A stretch of DNA of 64,000 nt from Candidatus Moraniibacteriota bacterium (GCA_026396275.1 JAPLXC010000002.1:74922-138921), one strand, 5' to 3'. Positions 1-9,361 are shown, counted from the first letter of the stretch. Translations and numbers: made by a program. Notes: a model not told the origin generated them from the sequence alone.

Positions 1-221
1 TCTACATCTTCGTAAATCTCTGATTGGGGATCTTTTAATCTCTGAAGCACCGGCCATTGCAATTGCTCCTCTATTTTTAGTATCTTGTCATAGGCCTTAT
101 TCCAGTCTTCCATGGTAGAAAGAGCTACAATCTGCCGGCTAGAAACAGAGAATCTCACGAGTGTCTTTCGCGGAAGATAAGTTTTTTTAAACATTTCAAG
201 GTGCTCTTCTTCGGAAATCAT
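1..221 (-). CDS. Hypothetical protein, N-terminal part (runs off window start)
   Basis: Manual translation of the minus strand from ATG at 221 (MISEEEHLEMFKKTYLPRK...) stays open to position 1; AGGAGGT Shine-Dalgarno just upstream. Confidence 0.6.
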   Translation of the reverse strand, partial: MISEEEHLEMFKKTYLPRKTLVRFSVSSRQIVALSTMEDWNKAYDKILKIEEQLQWPVLQRLKDPQSEIYEDV

Positions 222-349
222 ATTCCCACCTCCTCTGTGCGCAATAATAAGTCAAGTAAGAAAAAAAGCAAGAGTAATTCCTCTAGCTTTTTAAAAGAAG
301 TATGGCTGGCAGGGGGAATTAAATATTACACAATAATTTACATACTCTG

Positions 350-1855
350 TCAAAGCTTATACCTCCTTGCTCCCGCCAGTAACCCAGCTGCCAACCAGAA
401 CAAAATCTGCCCCGGCTGGATATCCCAGAGATAATGATCAAAAAGCATAATTACAATAAAAGCAAGAAACAAGACGCTGGCTGTCTGAGATAGTTCTCCG
501 CATAGCGTTCCACGTGGAACACTCTTGAGATGTCGCATTAATTTCCAAATAAACCATACGAATAAGCTCAGTCCGACTAATCCTAGCTCGTTTAATACTA
601 GCAGGAAAACATTATGCACCGGCTGAAATTGCCAAGTTTGGATGCCAGTGAATTCCGGGAAATTGAGAACGAATTGGCCCATTCCGACTCCCAAGAGAGG
701 ATGAGAAAGAAATGTTTCACGTGAAACATTGAGAAAGAACAATCTTTCCTCCCAGCTCTGGGTGAAGAAGGAGTTGATGTCCAGTTTTAAGATTAGAAAA
801 ACAAGGAAAACAATTGCTAGAAAAATAAACGCTCTTTCAAGCCACTTTCTTGGAATAAGATCGTCTTTTCCCTTATAAATAAGGTAAAAAAGAGCGATAA
901 ATAACCCAAGAATGGCTGACTTCGAGAAGGTTAGAATTAATGCCGCTATTTGGATAATAGTGGCTAAAAATAGTGTCATCCCGAGCTTGTCCGCCAAAGG
1001 CGGACGAGGCGAGAGATCTAACTTGATTTCACTCCGCTCAGAATGACAAATATCAATTTGTTCCACGCGGAACATTTTTCGGTACAAGAGTGTAAGAATT
1101 ATAGAAAAAATTAGGAATCCTCCCAAGATATTGGGATGTGGAAATAATCCATAAGCCCGAATGAATTTCTCCCCCCCCAGAATTATTTTGGCTACTCCTG
1201 GCAAGTACGGTGATATAATGCTTTCTTTAAGCCAAAATAATCCGACGGAGTGTTGAAGAACAAACTGCAAAATGGCCATGATTGACTGAAATAGAGCTAT
1301 AATTACTATTATCTTGAAAAAATTAAGGAGAGAGTTGGAGCTATTTTTGTTATTTATAATTGTTCCATGTGGAACAATTCTTAAGGCAATAAAAAAAAAG
1401 AGGAAATACATTTCTAGTAACTTAAAGGATCGAAATAAGGCAATGGTCTCATTTTGGGACCAAAAGATTGAGGTGAAAGACCAAATTACCAGTGCCAGAG
1501 GGATAAATAGCAATAATTGATTTAAAAATGTTCCACTTGCCCGAAATGTCCCGATATCCTTCGGGGCAGGCGGGCGTGGAACATTTATTTCAAAAGGCGA
1601 CGGGAGAGTGGAGTTTATTGACAATTTGCCATTTTTGTTGTATAATAGCAAAATTCCCCAACTTACCAAAGTAAAGAAAAGAAAAATATCGCTTAAATAA
1701 AGGTAAATTCCGGTATATTCGTTAAATTGGCCGTTAATCGGATAGAAAAGAATCACTTTCCTGACTGAAAGTGTAAGGGTAATTAAGAAACCATAAAAAA
1801 ACCAGATGTCTGGATTAGTCTTGAATTTAATCCAGATGAAGTTCAATAAATTCAT
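350..1855 (-). CDS. O-antigen ligase (Wzy_C/WaaL) family membrane protein
   Basis: Many TM segments; motifs RAYGLFPHPNILGG, LTFSKSA, PLLGVGMGQF, PVHNVFLLVLNELGLVG. Confidence 0.85.
   Translation of the reverse strand: MNLLNFIWIKFKTNPDIWFFYGFLITLTLSVRKVILFYPINGQFNEYTGIYLYLSDIFLFFTLVSWGILLLYNKNGKLSINSTLPSPFEINVPRPPAPKDIGTFRASGTFLNQLLLFIPLALVIWSFTSIFWSQNETIALFRSFKLLEMYFLFFFIALRIVPHGTIINNKNSSNSLLNFFKIIVIIALFQSIMAILQFVLQHSVGLFWLKESIISPYLPGVAKIILGGEKFIRAYGLFPHPNILGGFLIFSIILTLLYRKMFRVEQIDICHSERSEIKLDLSPRPPLADKLGMTLFLATIIQIAALILTFSKSAILGLFIALFYLIYKGKDDLIPRKWLERAFIFLAIVFLVFLILKLDINSFFTQSWEERLFFLNVSRETFLSHPLLGVGMGQFVLNFPEFTGIQTWQFQPVHNVFLLVLNELGLVGLSLFVWFIWKLMRHLKSVPRGTLCGELSQTASVLFLAFIVIMLFDHYLWDIQPGQILFWLAAGLLAGARRYKL
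506..521. promoter_or_regulatory. parS-like site
   Basis: CGTTCCACGTGGAACA, close to the parS consensus TGTTNCACGTGAAACA. Confidence 0.7.
713..728. promoter_or_regulatory. parS site (perfect palindrome)
   Basis: TGTTTCACGTGAAACA. Confidence 0.85.
974..1048. repeat. TGTCAT...ATGACA palindromic element, in frame within the O-antigen ligase gene, with nested TCCGCCAAAGGCGGA hairpin
   Basis: 75 nt with the same termini as 12287, 13575 and 52272; translates as CHSERSEIKLDLSPRPPLADKLGMT. Confidence 0.7.
1059..1074. promoter_or_regulatory. parS-like site
   Basis: TGTTCCACGCGGAACA. Confidence 0.65.
1361..1376. promoter_or_regulatory. parS-like site
   Basis: TGTTCCATGTGGAACA. Confidence 0.65.
1529..1583. 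mobile_element. parS site split by a 39-nt CTTGCCCG...CAGGCGGG mini-element
   Basis: TGTTCCA|cttgcccg...caggcggg|CGTGGAACA; removing 1536-1574 gives TGTTCCACGTGGAACA. Confidence 0.7.
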
Positions 1856-1979
1856 ATCACCGTTAATTATACTATATACTGGACGATATTGCCTAAAGGT
1901 GTATTATATTAATTAAAAGAAAAAATGTTTGCACGAATGTTTTTGACAGTTATTTAAAAAATAAAAAAGGAGGTGAAAA

Positions 1980-3083
1980 ATGTCATCTATTTTGGCACAA
2001 GCACAACCACTTAAAATTGGCGATATAATCGCCAATTTGCCAATAATCCAGGGTGGGATGGGTGTGGGAATTTCCTTGTCTGGTCTGGCATCGGCAGTTG
2101 CCAGTGAAGGAGGAATTGGCGTTATTGCTACCCCCGCGATCGGAATGAATGAACCTGATTTTTTCAAAAATTTCCTGGAAGCCAATGTCAGGGCGTTAAG
2201 AAAAGAGATTAGAAAAGCCAGAGAATTATCACAAGGAATCCTCGGTGTCAATATCATGGTGGCATTGACTAATTTCGCCGATCTGGTGAGAACCTCCATT
2301 GAGGAGGGTATAGATGTTATCTTTTCCGGAGCCGGGTTGCCGCTAAATCTGCCTGAATTTTTGCAGAACACTGCGAAAACAAAGCTGGTACCGATTGTTT
2401 CCTCTGGTAGGGCAATTGATATTATCATAAGAAGATGGTCAGAAAGATACAAATATCTTCCCGATGCTGTTGTTGTGGAGGGACCGCTGGCAGGAGGACA
2501 TCTCGGTTTCAAAGAACAGATGATTAGCAACTCTGAATATTCATTAGAAAAACTTGTCCCGGAAGTGATTCTGGCGATAAAGCCATATGAAAAAAAATAT
2601 GGCAGGCCTATTCCAGTAATCGCCGCCGGAGGAATCTACACAGGAGAAGATATTTATAGATTTTTCCAGTTGGGAGCTTCGGGTGTGCAGATGGCAACGC
2701 GATTTGTCACTACGCATGAATGTGATGCAAATATCAGGTTTAAAGAGGCGTATATAAATGCCAAGGAAAACGATATAACAATTATCAAAAGCCCCGTAGG
2801 GATGCCAGGAAGAGCAATTAGAAATAAATTTCTTGATGATGTCAGTGCGGGCAAAAAGAAACCTTTCAGATGCTTTTTCCACTGCCTGAAAACATGCGAA
2901 TTAGAAAAAAGTCCCTATTGCATTTCCTATGCTCTAATAAGTGCGAAAAAAGGAAACCTTAACCATGGTTTCGCCTTCTGCGGATCAAATGCATGGAAAG
3001 CGGAAAAAATTATCTCTGTTAAGGAAACATTTGAGACTCTCAAGGAAGAGTATCGAAATGCTTCCAGCGGAGAAGATTTGTAA
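1980..3083 (+). CDS. Nitronate monooxygenase / 2-nitropropane dioxygenase family flavoprotein
   Basis: PIIQGGMGVGIS, EGPLAGGHLG, PVIAAGGI, GVQMATRF, SPVGMPGRAI motifs. Confidence 0.9.
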   Translation: MSSILAQAQPLKIGDIIANLPIIQGGMGVGISLSGLASAVASEGGIGVIATPAIGMNEPDFFKNFLEANVRALRKEIRKARELSQGILGVNIMVALTNFADLVRTSIEEGIDVIFSGAGLPLNLPEFLQNTAKTKLVPIVSSGRAIDIIIRRWSERYKYLPDAVVVEGPLAGGHLGFKEQMISNSEYSLEKLVPEVILAIKPYEKKYGRPIPVIAAGGIYTGEDIYRFFQLGASGVQMATRFVTTHECDANIRFKEAYINAKENDITIIKSPVGMPGRAIRNKFLDDVSAGKKKPFRCFFHCLKTCELEKSPYCISYALISAKKGNLNHGFAFCGSNAWKAEKIISVKETFETLKEEYRNASSGEDL

Positions 3084-3091
3084 GTCGCTTG

Positions 3092-3134
3092 ACCGGGGTG
3101 CGCTGTGAGTTCAATAGTGCAACCCGGTTTTTTT
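3092..3134 (+). terminator. Intrinsic terminator
   Basis: ACCGGG...CCCGGT stem followed by a T-run directly after the stop codon. Confidence 0.6.
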
Positions 3135-3190
3135 ATTGACTAACTTTTTTCGCTTGGTATGATATTATGAATTCAGAGAATAAGTTAAAG

Positions 3191-3263
3191 GGGCCGTTAG
3201 CTCAATTGGTAGAGCGCTTCCATGGCATGGAAGAGGCAACCGGTTCGAACCCGGTACGGTCCA
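3191..3263 (+). tRNA. tRNA-Ala(GGC)
   Basis: Cloverleaf GGGCCGT/ACGGTCC with G3-U70; anticodon arm CTTCC-ATGGCAT-GGAAG; T loop TTCGAAC. Confidence 0.93.
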
Positions 3264-3273
3264 CTCTTAAAAT

Positions 3274-3816
3274 ATGCTTAAAAAAATTTTATTACTTTCC
3301 GGCTGGATGACCGATTTAAAATTATACAGAAAATATGATGATCTTACTATCCAAGTAAGTAAATTAAGCAGCGAATCTGAAAAAATCGATTATATAATTG
3401 GTCTAAGTTTGGGTGCTCTGATAGCCTTGCGTGAATGGAATAAAAGTGGGAAGCTGATTTTGATTAATCCGCCTCTTCCAAAAAGAAATATTTTCGTATG
3501 GCTTGGTAAATGGATTAAATTTATTTTGTCAGAAGGTTTATTTTTAGAGCGCCAGAAGTTTACAAAAAATCCATTCAGGTTTATTACTGAAATTATAAAA
3601 TGTGTAAAACTGCTCTCTGTGGATTTTTCAAAGGTTTTAGATAATATACCAGAAGACAAGTTAGTTGTGATTAAAGGCAAAAATGATAATTATTTCTGTG
3701 ATCAGAAAGCCGTAGAATTTATGCGATCAAAAAATATTACGGTTATTGAAGTTGAAAACGCTGGACACAATTGGTGTGAAGAAATTGAAAAAACTGTAAA
3801 TAAATTAATAAATTAA
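3274..3816 (+). CDS. Small alpha/beta hydrolase-fold protein
   Basis: GLSLG nucleophile elbow, G-x-x-D, C-terminal AGHN. Confidence 0.65.
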   Translation: MLKKILLLSGWMTDLKLYRKYDDLTIQVSKLSSESEKIDYIIGLSLGALIALREWNKSGKLILINPPLPKRNIFVWLGKWIKFILSEGLFLERQKFTKNPFRFITEIIKCVKLLSVDFSKVLDNIPEDKLVVIKGKNDNYFCDQKAVEFMRSKNITVIEVENAGHNWCEEIEKTVNKLIN

Positions 3817-3823
3817 AACATTA

Positions 3824-3898
3824 GCCCCCATAGTTCAACGGATAGAACAGTCCCGTCCTAAGGGATAAATGCGTGTTCAATTCATGCTGGGGGCACCA
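3824..3898 (+). tRNA. tRNA-Arg(CCT)
   Basis: GCCCCCA/TGGGGGC acceptor; GTCCC-GTCCTAA-GGGAT anticodon arm; encoded CCA. Confidence 0.9.
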
Positions 3899-3907
3899 AA
3901 TAATTCT

Positions 3908-5464
3908 GTGATTAAAAAAATTCCAAAAGAAGTAATTGAAGTTTTGCGGAAACTTGAAGCCGCAGATTTTGAGGCCTATATCGTAGGCGGGTGCGTGCGG
4001 GATTTGATCGTGGAAAAGGAACCGAAAGATTGGGATGTAACGACTAATGCGAAACCAGAAGAAATTTTAAAATCATTTCCGGACAGTTTTTATGAAAATG
4101 AATTTGGAACAGTCGGCGTAAAAGTAAAGCCGTTTATTAAGAATGGAAACCCAGATCGCGATCATGATGTTATTGAAGTTACTACATACCGCATTGAATC
4201 AAAATATTCCGACAAGCGCCGGCCGGACAAAATCAGGTTTGCCAAGACGCTAAAGGAAGATTTGAGTCGAAGGGACTTTACGATTAACGCGATAGCGTTA
4301 AAAATAAAAAATCAAAATGCAAAAATCAAAAATACTGATTATGAAATTATCGATCCCTATGACGGGAAGAGTGATTTAAAAAATAGAACAATCCGCACGG
4401 TGGGCGATCCTAATGAGCGGTTTGACGAGGACGCGTTGCGGATGATGCGAGCAGTAAGGTTCCACGCGGAACTGGGCTATAAGATAGAAGAAAAAACCCT
4501 AAAAGCGATCAAGAAAAACGCCAAATATCTCAAACACATTACGCTGGAAAGAATTAAAGACGAACTGGCAAGAATTATTTTGTCTGATAGTCCTGCCCGC
4601 AATGCTGCGCCCGTCAGAAGCGTTGCATCTGCTACAGGCTGGCATAGCGTTGCAGGCGGGCCTGCTGAGGGAATTGACATGCTTCATCAAACAGGATTAT
4701 TAAATTATATTATTCCAGAACTTGAAAAAGGCGTGGGGATAAAACAAAATCGCCATCATATCTATACCATATATAAACACAGTATTTTATCCTTAAAACA
4801 TTGCCCTTCTGCCAAACTTGAAGTGCGATTGGCGGCGCTTCTTCACGATATTTCCAAGCCTCAAACCAAAAGAGGCGAAGGCGAATACGCAACTTTTTAT
4901 AACCATGATCATGTTGGAGCCAAAGTAGCCGAAAAAATTCTTACACGCCTGCGTTTTTCTAATGAAGTTATTCAAAAAGTAAAACTTCTCGTGGATAATC
5001 ACATGTTTTACTATAATCCCGATGAGGTCGGAGTAAGCTCTGTTAGAAAATTAATTCAAAAAGTTGGCTTGGAAAACATGAAAGATCTGATTGATCTTAG
5101 AATTTCCGACAGATTGGGCTCGGGCGTGCCGAAAGCCAAGCCGTATAAGCTTCGCCACTTGGAATATATGATTGAGAAAGTTTCTCAGGACGCCATTTCA
5201 GTGAAAATGTTGAAAATCAACGGCAATGATTTGATGAAAGAATTAAAACTAAAACCCGGACCGAAAATCGGAGCGATTCTTGACGTTTTGCTTTCTGAAG
5301 TGATTGAGGACGCTTCTAAAAATAATCGGGATTATTTGCTGTCCCGTGCCAAAGAGCTGGATAAAAAGGACTTGGAAAAGTTAAGAAACATGGCAAAGGT
5401 TAAGATCGAAGAGAAAAAAGAAGAGGAAGACAAGGAAATAAAAAATAAGTATTGGGTTAAATAG
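3908..5464 (+). CDS. cca: CCA-adding tRNA nucleotidyltransferase / poly(A) polymerase family with HD domain
   Basis: YIVGGCVRD, DWDVTT, EDLSRRDFTINA, RFDEDALRMMRAVRF, LLHDISKP. Start moved to GTG 3908 because the ORF-track start overlaps tRNA-Arg. Confidence 0.9.
   Translation: MIKKIPKEVIEVLRKLEAADFEAYIVGGCVRDLIVEKEPKDWDVTTNAKPEEILKSFPDSFYENEFGTVGVKVKPFIKNGNPDRDHDVIEVTTYRIESKYSDKRRPDKIRFAKTLKEDLSRRDFTINAIALKIKNQNAKIKNTDYEIIDPYDGKSDLKNRTIRTVGDPNERFDEDALRMMRAVRFHAELGYKIEEKTLKAIKKNAKYLKHITLERIKDELARIILSDSPARNAAPVRSVASATGWHSVAGGPAEGIDMLHQTGLLNYIIPELEKGVGIKQNRHHIYTIYKHSILSLKHCPSAKLEVRLAALLHDISKPQTKRGEGEYATFYNHDHVGAKVAEKILTRLRFSNEVIQKVKLLVDNHMFYYNPDEVGVSSVRKLIQKVGLENMKDLIDLRISDRLGSGVPKAKPYKLRHLEYMIEKVSQDAISVKMLKINGNDLMKELKLKPGPKIGAILDVLLSEVIEDASKNNRDYLLSRAKELDKKDLEKLRNMAKVKIEEKKEEEDKEIKNKYWVK
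4592..4660. mobile_element. 69-nt in-frame palindromic insertion in cca
   Basis: CCTGCCCGCAATGCT...AGCGTTGCAGGCGGG imperfect inverted repeat; removal restores D-S-P-A-E-G-I. Confidence 0.75.
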
Positions 5465-5502
5465 TCGTGTAAATCGCAAAATTAAAACCTGTAAATAGTC
5501 GA

Positions 5503-5576
5503 CGGGGCATAGTATACCGGTAGTACGTACGATTCGGGTTCGTAAAGACTGGGTTCGATTCCCAGTGCCCCGACCA
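5503..5576 (+). tRNA. tRNA-Pro(CGG)
   Basis: CGGGGCA/TGCCCCG acceptor; TACGA-TTCGGGT-TCGTA anticodon arm; encoded CCA. Confidence 0.93.
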
Positions 5577-5615
5577 AATGCTTACAAAACAAATTATCCC
5601 TTTTACTATTTTAAA

Positions 5616-5915
5616 GTGAAAATTGAAATTAAAAATATTAGAGGCAATCCCGCGGATCTCTTGCGGCGGGCAGGATATATTTTTCAGAGCCGTAAAGAGG
5701 ATGAAATGGGCTTCGTCCGTCCATTGTCTTCTTCGGGCTACCCGAGGTTTCATATCTTCACCCGCGTTGTCGGAGGCAATCTGATAATCAATATTCACCT
5801 GGACCAGAAAAAAGAAACCTATGGAGAAGCAAAGCGCCATCACGGAGAATATGAGAGCGCGATTATTAAAGAGGAAGCAGAGCGAATTGCTTCGGTATTA
5901 AGACCGGTAGAATAA
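5616..5915 (+). CDS. Hypothetical protein
   Basis: ORF from GTG 5616 (ORF-track start overlaps tRNA-Pro); motifs GYPRFHIF and IHLDQK. Confidence 0.7.
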   Translation: MKIEIKNIRGNPADLLRRAGYIFQSRKEDEMGFVRPLSSSGYPRFHIFTRVVGGNLIINIHLDQKKETYGEAKRHHGEYESAIIKEEAERIASVLRPVE

Positions 5916-5943
5916 AATTAGAATTTAGCGAGCTTTTAAATAA

Positions 5944-7662
5944 ATGATTAAGTTAATAAATTACATTGAGGGACTCTCTTTTTGGAAAGTAGCCGTTATT
6001 CTCGCTACTGTCGGTCTGATACTTTACATTAATACTTTCACCAACCAGCTTTTCTGGGATGATTATGACAGCATTGTCAACAATGCCTATGTCAAAAGCT
6101 GGAATTATCTTCCCAACTACTTTTCAGAAAATCTTACCGCCGGATCGGGAATCCGCGACAATTACTGGCGTCCGCTTCTCCTTTTTTCTTTTTCGCTGGA
6201 TTACAAAATAGGAAAACTTACTCCCCTTTTTTATCATCTTCAGAGTTTATTCTGGCACATTCTCTCCGCTGTTTTGGCGTATTGGCTGATTTTTAAATTG
6301 TTTAAAAACAAACTGGCTTCACTTATCGCCGCGCTGATTTTTTTAGCCCATCCTCTGCAGGCGGAGGCAGTTACTTATGTCGCCGGCCGGGCCGATCCGA
6401 TGCATGCGGCTCTGATGCTGGCGGCATTCTTGTTTTTTTACAAGTATGTTGCCGAAAAAGCAGCTTTCAAGTTTTATTTCTGGTCAATTGTCTTTTTCTC
6501 GGCTGCGCTCCTAACTAAAGAACGGGCAATAGTACTGCCGGCTCTTCTGGTTTTGTATTACGTCACTCTTTATCCTGAACCTCTTCTTCAAAATTGGAAG
6601 AAAAAAATTATCAACATTTTACCCTACACCGGAATTGCCGTCCTCTATCTTATTTTAAGAATGACAGTTTTGCACTTCGCGGATGTTTTTGATCTGGGAC
6701 AGCCCAACAATATCGGAGCGCAGAATTGGTACGAAAAATTTCTGGCTTACTGCCAGGGCATAGCAGTGTATGCCGGACTTCTCTTTTGGCCGGCTAAACT
6801 TTATATGGAAAAATCAATCAGTATTCCGCCATCTTTTTGGAACTCTTACGTGATATCCGGTTTAATTATTGTAATTAGCTCATTGGCGGGAATAGTTTAT
6901 TCTTTCAGAAGGAAAAAAATTTTTGCTTTTGGAATGCTTTGGTTTTGGGTCGCTCTTTCTCCCTCTTTTCACATTTATCCCATTCAGGGGCTTCTTTACG
7001 AACACTGGCTGTATTTTCCCATGATTGGATTACTGGCCGTATTCGTGTTGCCGCTGGCGACAATGATCCGGTATACTGAATTTAATTCCTTTCGGATATT
7101 TCTGGTGGCACTACTTACTGTCGGAATCCTGGCTTTAGGTATTCGAACAATTGTCCGCAACCGCGACTGGAACAATCCGATAAGGTTTTACGAAAAAAAT
7201 GTTTCGCTGGGCGGATTGTCTGCCCGGGTATACACTAACTTAGGCATGGCTTACGATGGCGCGGGAAGGCACGAAGAGGCAATCGGAACTTATCAAAAAG
7301 CCATTGCACTGGACAATCGGCTGTTTCAGCCCTGGTACGACACGGGCAACGCTTATTGGGATATGCAAAAATTGGATGAAGCGCTAGCGGCTTATCAAAA
7401 GTCCGTTGAACTCAATCCTTATTTTTTGCCGGCTTATTATAATTTGGCGGGAATTTATGCCGGCTGTAATGATTTCGACAATGCTGCTGGAGTTTTGCAG
7501 AAGGCACTAGCGGTTGATTCCAATAAATCAAGGACATATTATAATTTAGGAATTGTTTACTATCAAAAAGGAGATAAGACAGAGGCAAAAAAATATTTTA
7601 CTGAGGCCTTACGGCTGGAGCCGAGTAATGTTGATTTATTGAATCTGGTTAATGGCTTATAG
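5944..7662 (+). CDS. TMTC-like GT-C glycosyltransferase with C-terminal TPR repeats
   Basis: WDDYDSI, YWRPL, HPLQAEAVTYVAGRAD, EHWLYFP, RNRDW; then several TPR units. Confidence 0.85.
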   Translation: MIKLINYIEGLSFWKVAVILATVGLILYINTFTNQLFWDDYDSIVNNAYVKSWNYLPNYFSENLTAGSGIRDNYWRPLLLFSFSLDYKIGKLTPLFYHLQSLFWHILSAVLAYWLIFKLFKNKLASLIAALIFLAHPLQAEAVTYVAGRADPMHAALMLAAFLFFYKYVAEKAAFKFYFWSIVFFSAALLTKERAIVLPALLVLYYVTLYPEPLLQNWKKKIINILPYTGIAVLYLILRMTVLHFADVFDLGQPNNIGAQNWYEKFLAYCQGIAVYAGLLFWPAKLYMEKSISIPPSFWNSYVISGLIIVISSLAGIVYSFRRKKIFAFGMLWFWVALSPSFHIYPIQGLLYEHWLYFPMIGLLAVFVLPLATMIRYTEFNSFRIFLVALLTVGILALGIRTIVRNRDWNNPIRFYEKNVSLGGLSARVYTNLGMAYDGAGRHEEAIGTYQKAIALDNRLFQPWYDTGNAYWDMQKLDEALAAYQKSVELNPYFLPAYYNLAGIYAGCNDFDNAAGVLQKALAVDSNKSRTYYNLGIVYYQKGDKTEAKKYFTEALRLEPSNVDLLNLVNGL

Positions 7663-7927
7663 GCCGATGTGGTGAAACCCGCGCACCAGTCCGCCAGCTG
7701 GCGGACTGGTGCGGAGCAAGTTGGCAGATTTAACCCATTATAGCTGGTGGGCGAGTGGTGGAATGGTATACACGTAAGGTTTAGGACCTTATGGGAGTAA
7801 TCCCTTGTGGGTTCAAATCCCACCTCGCCCACAAAATAAAAGACGCATCCCGCCTAGGCGGGACTCCCGCAAGAAATTGAGAGTTCGAATCCCTGCCCGT
7901 TGATTTTTAGCGGGGTCTCCCAAGGCA
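7663..7927 (+). pseudogene. Relic tRNA-Leu (outer shell) broken by three insertions, one carrying tRNA-Leu(TAG)
   Basis: GCCGATGTGGTGAAA|ins 7678-7720|TTGGCAGA|ins 7729-7843|CGCA...TAG...GAGAGTTCGAATC|ins 7892-7915|TCTCCCAAGGCA; acceptor only partly paired. Confidence 0.6.
7749..7831 (+). tRNA. tRNA-Leu(TAG), intact, nested
   Basis: GGGCGAG/CTCGCCC acceptor; TAAGG-TTTAGGA-CCTTA anticodon arm; long variable arm. Confidence 0.92.
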
Positions 7928-7994
7928 CGAAATAAGCTGGACTAATGCAAAAATTAAGTTATAATAATGAAATCAATATTTAAAAGAAATAAAA

Positions 7995-8387
7995 ATGGCA
8001 AACGATCAGGAAATTTTGGAAAAATATGAAAAAGAAAATCCCTGGGGCATGCTTACCAGCATTGATCTTAAAGAATGCAATCCGGAGATTATTCGCAACG
8101 CCGAAAAAATTAAGGACTTTGTCGCCAAACTCTGTGATTTAATCGGTATGAAACGCTTCGGAGAAATACAAGTGGTTCATTTCGGTGAGAACCAGCGGGT
8201 GGCCGGATTTTCAATGACGCAGCTGATTGAGACATCACTTATTTCCGGTCATTTTGCCAACCAGTCCAACGCGGTGTATCTGGATATTTTCAGCTGCGGG
8301 AAATATCCGCCTTACAAATCAGCGGAGTTTTGCAAGGATTTTTTTCAAGCCAAAAGCGCCAAAGTGACTGTTATTTTTCGCCACTAA
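7995..8387 (+). CDS. S-adenosylmethionine decarboxylase family protein
   Basis: QLIETSLISGHF...YLDIFSC resembles the SpeD self-cleavage region. Confidence 0.75.
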   Translation: MANDQEILEKYEKENPWGMLTSIDLKECNPEIIRNAEKIKDFVAKLCDLIGMKRFGEIQVVHFGENQRVAGFSMTQLIETSLISGHFANQSNAVYLDIFSCGKYPPYKSAEFCKDFFQAKSAKVTVIFRH

Positions 8388-8395
8388 AAACAGCA

Positions 8396-9361
8396 ATGAC
8401 TGTAAAATATATTGCCGTCACAAAAGAAAACAGCGGAGAGCGCCTTGATAAATTCCTAAAGCGGGAATTTTTTTCGTATTCTCGGGGAGAAATTATCAGA
8501 AATATCAGAGCCGGAAATATTCTGGTGAACAGCAAAAAAGTAAAGTCCAGCTATGTTTTGAAAGAAGGAGACATTATTAAATCAAAAATTAAAAATCAAA
8601 AATCAAAATTAATTTCCAATTCAAATATAAAATTCAGCGTTATTTATAAGAATGAAGACATTATTATGATCAATAAGCCAGCAGGGTTGAGTGTCCACCC
8701 CGTAAAATCAAATGAAAATGATACTTTAGCAAACGGATTGCTGGCAAAATTTACAGAAATAAAAAATATCCATGATGACTCTAAAAATGCGCATCTGCGC
8801 CCCGGAATTATTCACCGGCTAGATAAAGACACTTCGGGCGTAATGGTTATTGCGAGAAATATGAAAGCGTATGAAGGGTTAAAGAAAATTTTTAAAGAGC
8901 GTAAAGTCGATAAGAAATATTTAGCAATCGTCCGCGGAATCTTAAAGGATAAAAAAGGAGTTATCAAAAAACCGATTGCTCGAGCAAAAACTTATAGAAA
9001 GCAGGTAATTGCCGGAAGGAAAACTAAAACGAAAATTCGCGAAGCTATAACTGAATACAAAGTACTAAAAGAGTTTGATAATTACTCTTTACTGGAAGTT
9101 ACTCCCAAAACCGGCCGGATGCACCAAATTCGGGTGCATTTGTTTTCCATCGGCCATCCGATTGTGGGAGATAAGTTATATAAATTAAAAAAAGCTAAGC
9201 TTTTCCCGGCAAAGCTTAGCTTTAAAATGACTAGGCAACTGCTTCACGCCCAGCAGCTCATCTTTGACTTGGGCGGAAAAAAATATAAATTCAGCGCCAG
9301 GCCACCGAAGGATTTTGCGGATTTTCTGGGTTTTCTTGACGAAGGGAAAATAAAAAGCTAG
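8396..9361 (+). CDS. rluD: RluA-family pseudouridine synthase (RluD-like, with S4 domain)
   Basis: RLDKFL, NKPAGLSVHP, HRLDKDTSG, TGRMHQIRVH, HPIVGDKLY; ATG at 8396. Confidence 0.88.
   Translation: MTVKYIAVTKENSGERLDKFLKREFFSYSRGEIIRNIRAGNILVNSKKVKSSYVLKEGDIIKSKIKNQKSKLISNSNIKFSVIYKNEDIIMINKPAGLSVHPVKSNENDTLANGLLAKFTEIKNIHDDSKNAHLRPGIIHRLDKDTSGVMVIARNMKAYEGLKKIFKERKVDKKYLAIVRGILKDKKGVIKKPIARAKTYRKQVIAGRKTKTKIREAITEYKVLKEFDNYSLLEVTPKTGRMHQIRVHLFSIGHPIVGDKLYKLKKAKLFPAKLSFKMTRQLLHAQQLIFDLGGKKYKFSARPPKDFADFLGFLDEGKIKS

Noticed and set aside
3869-3907. ORF-track N-terminal extensions of cca (also 5565, 8330, 23186, 31350, 58947)
   Set aside because: They overlap tRNAs, upstream genes or repeat arms; downstream starts fit better.
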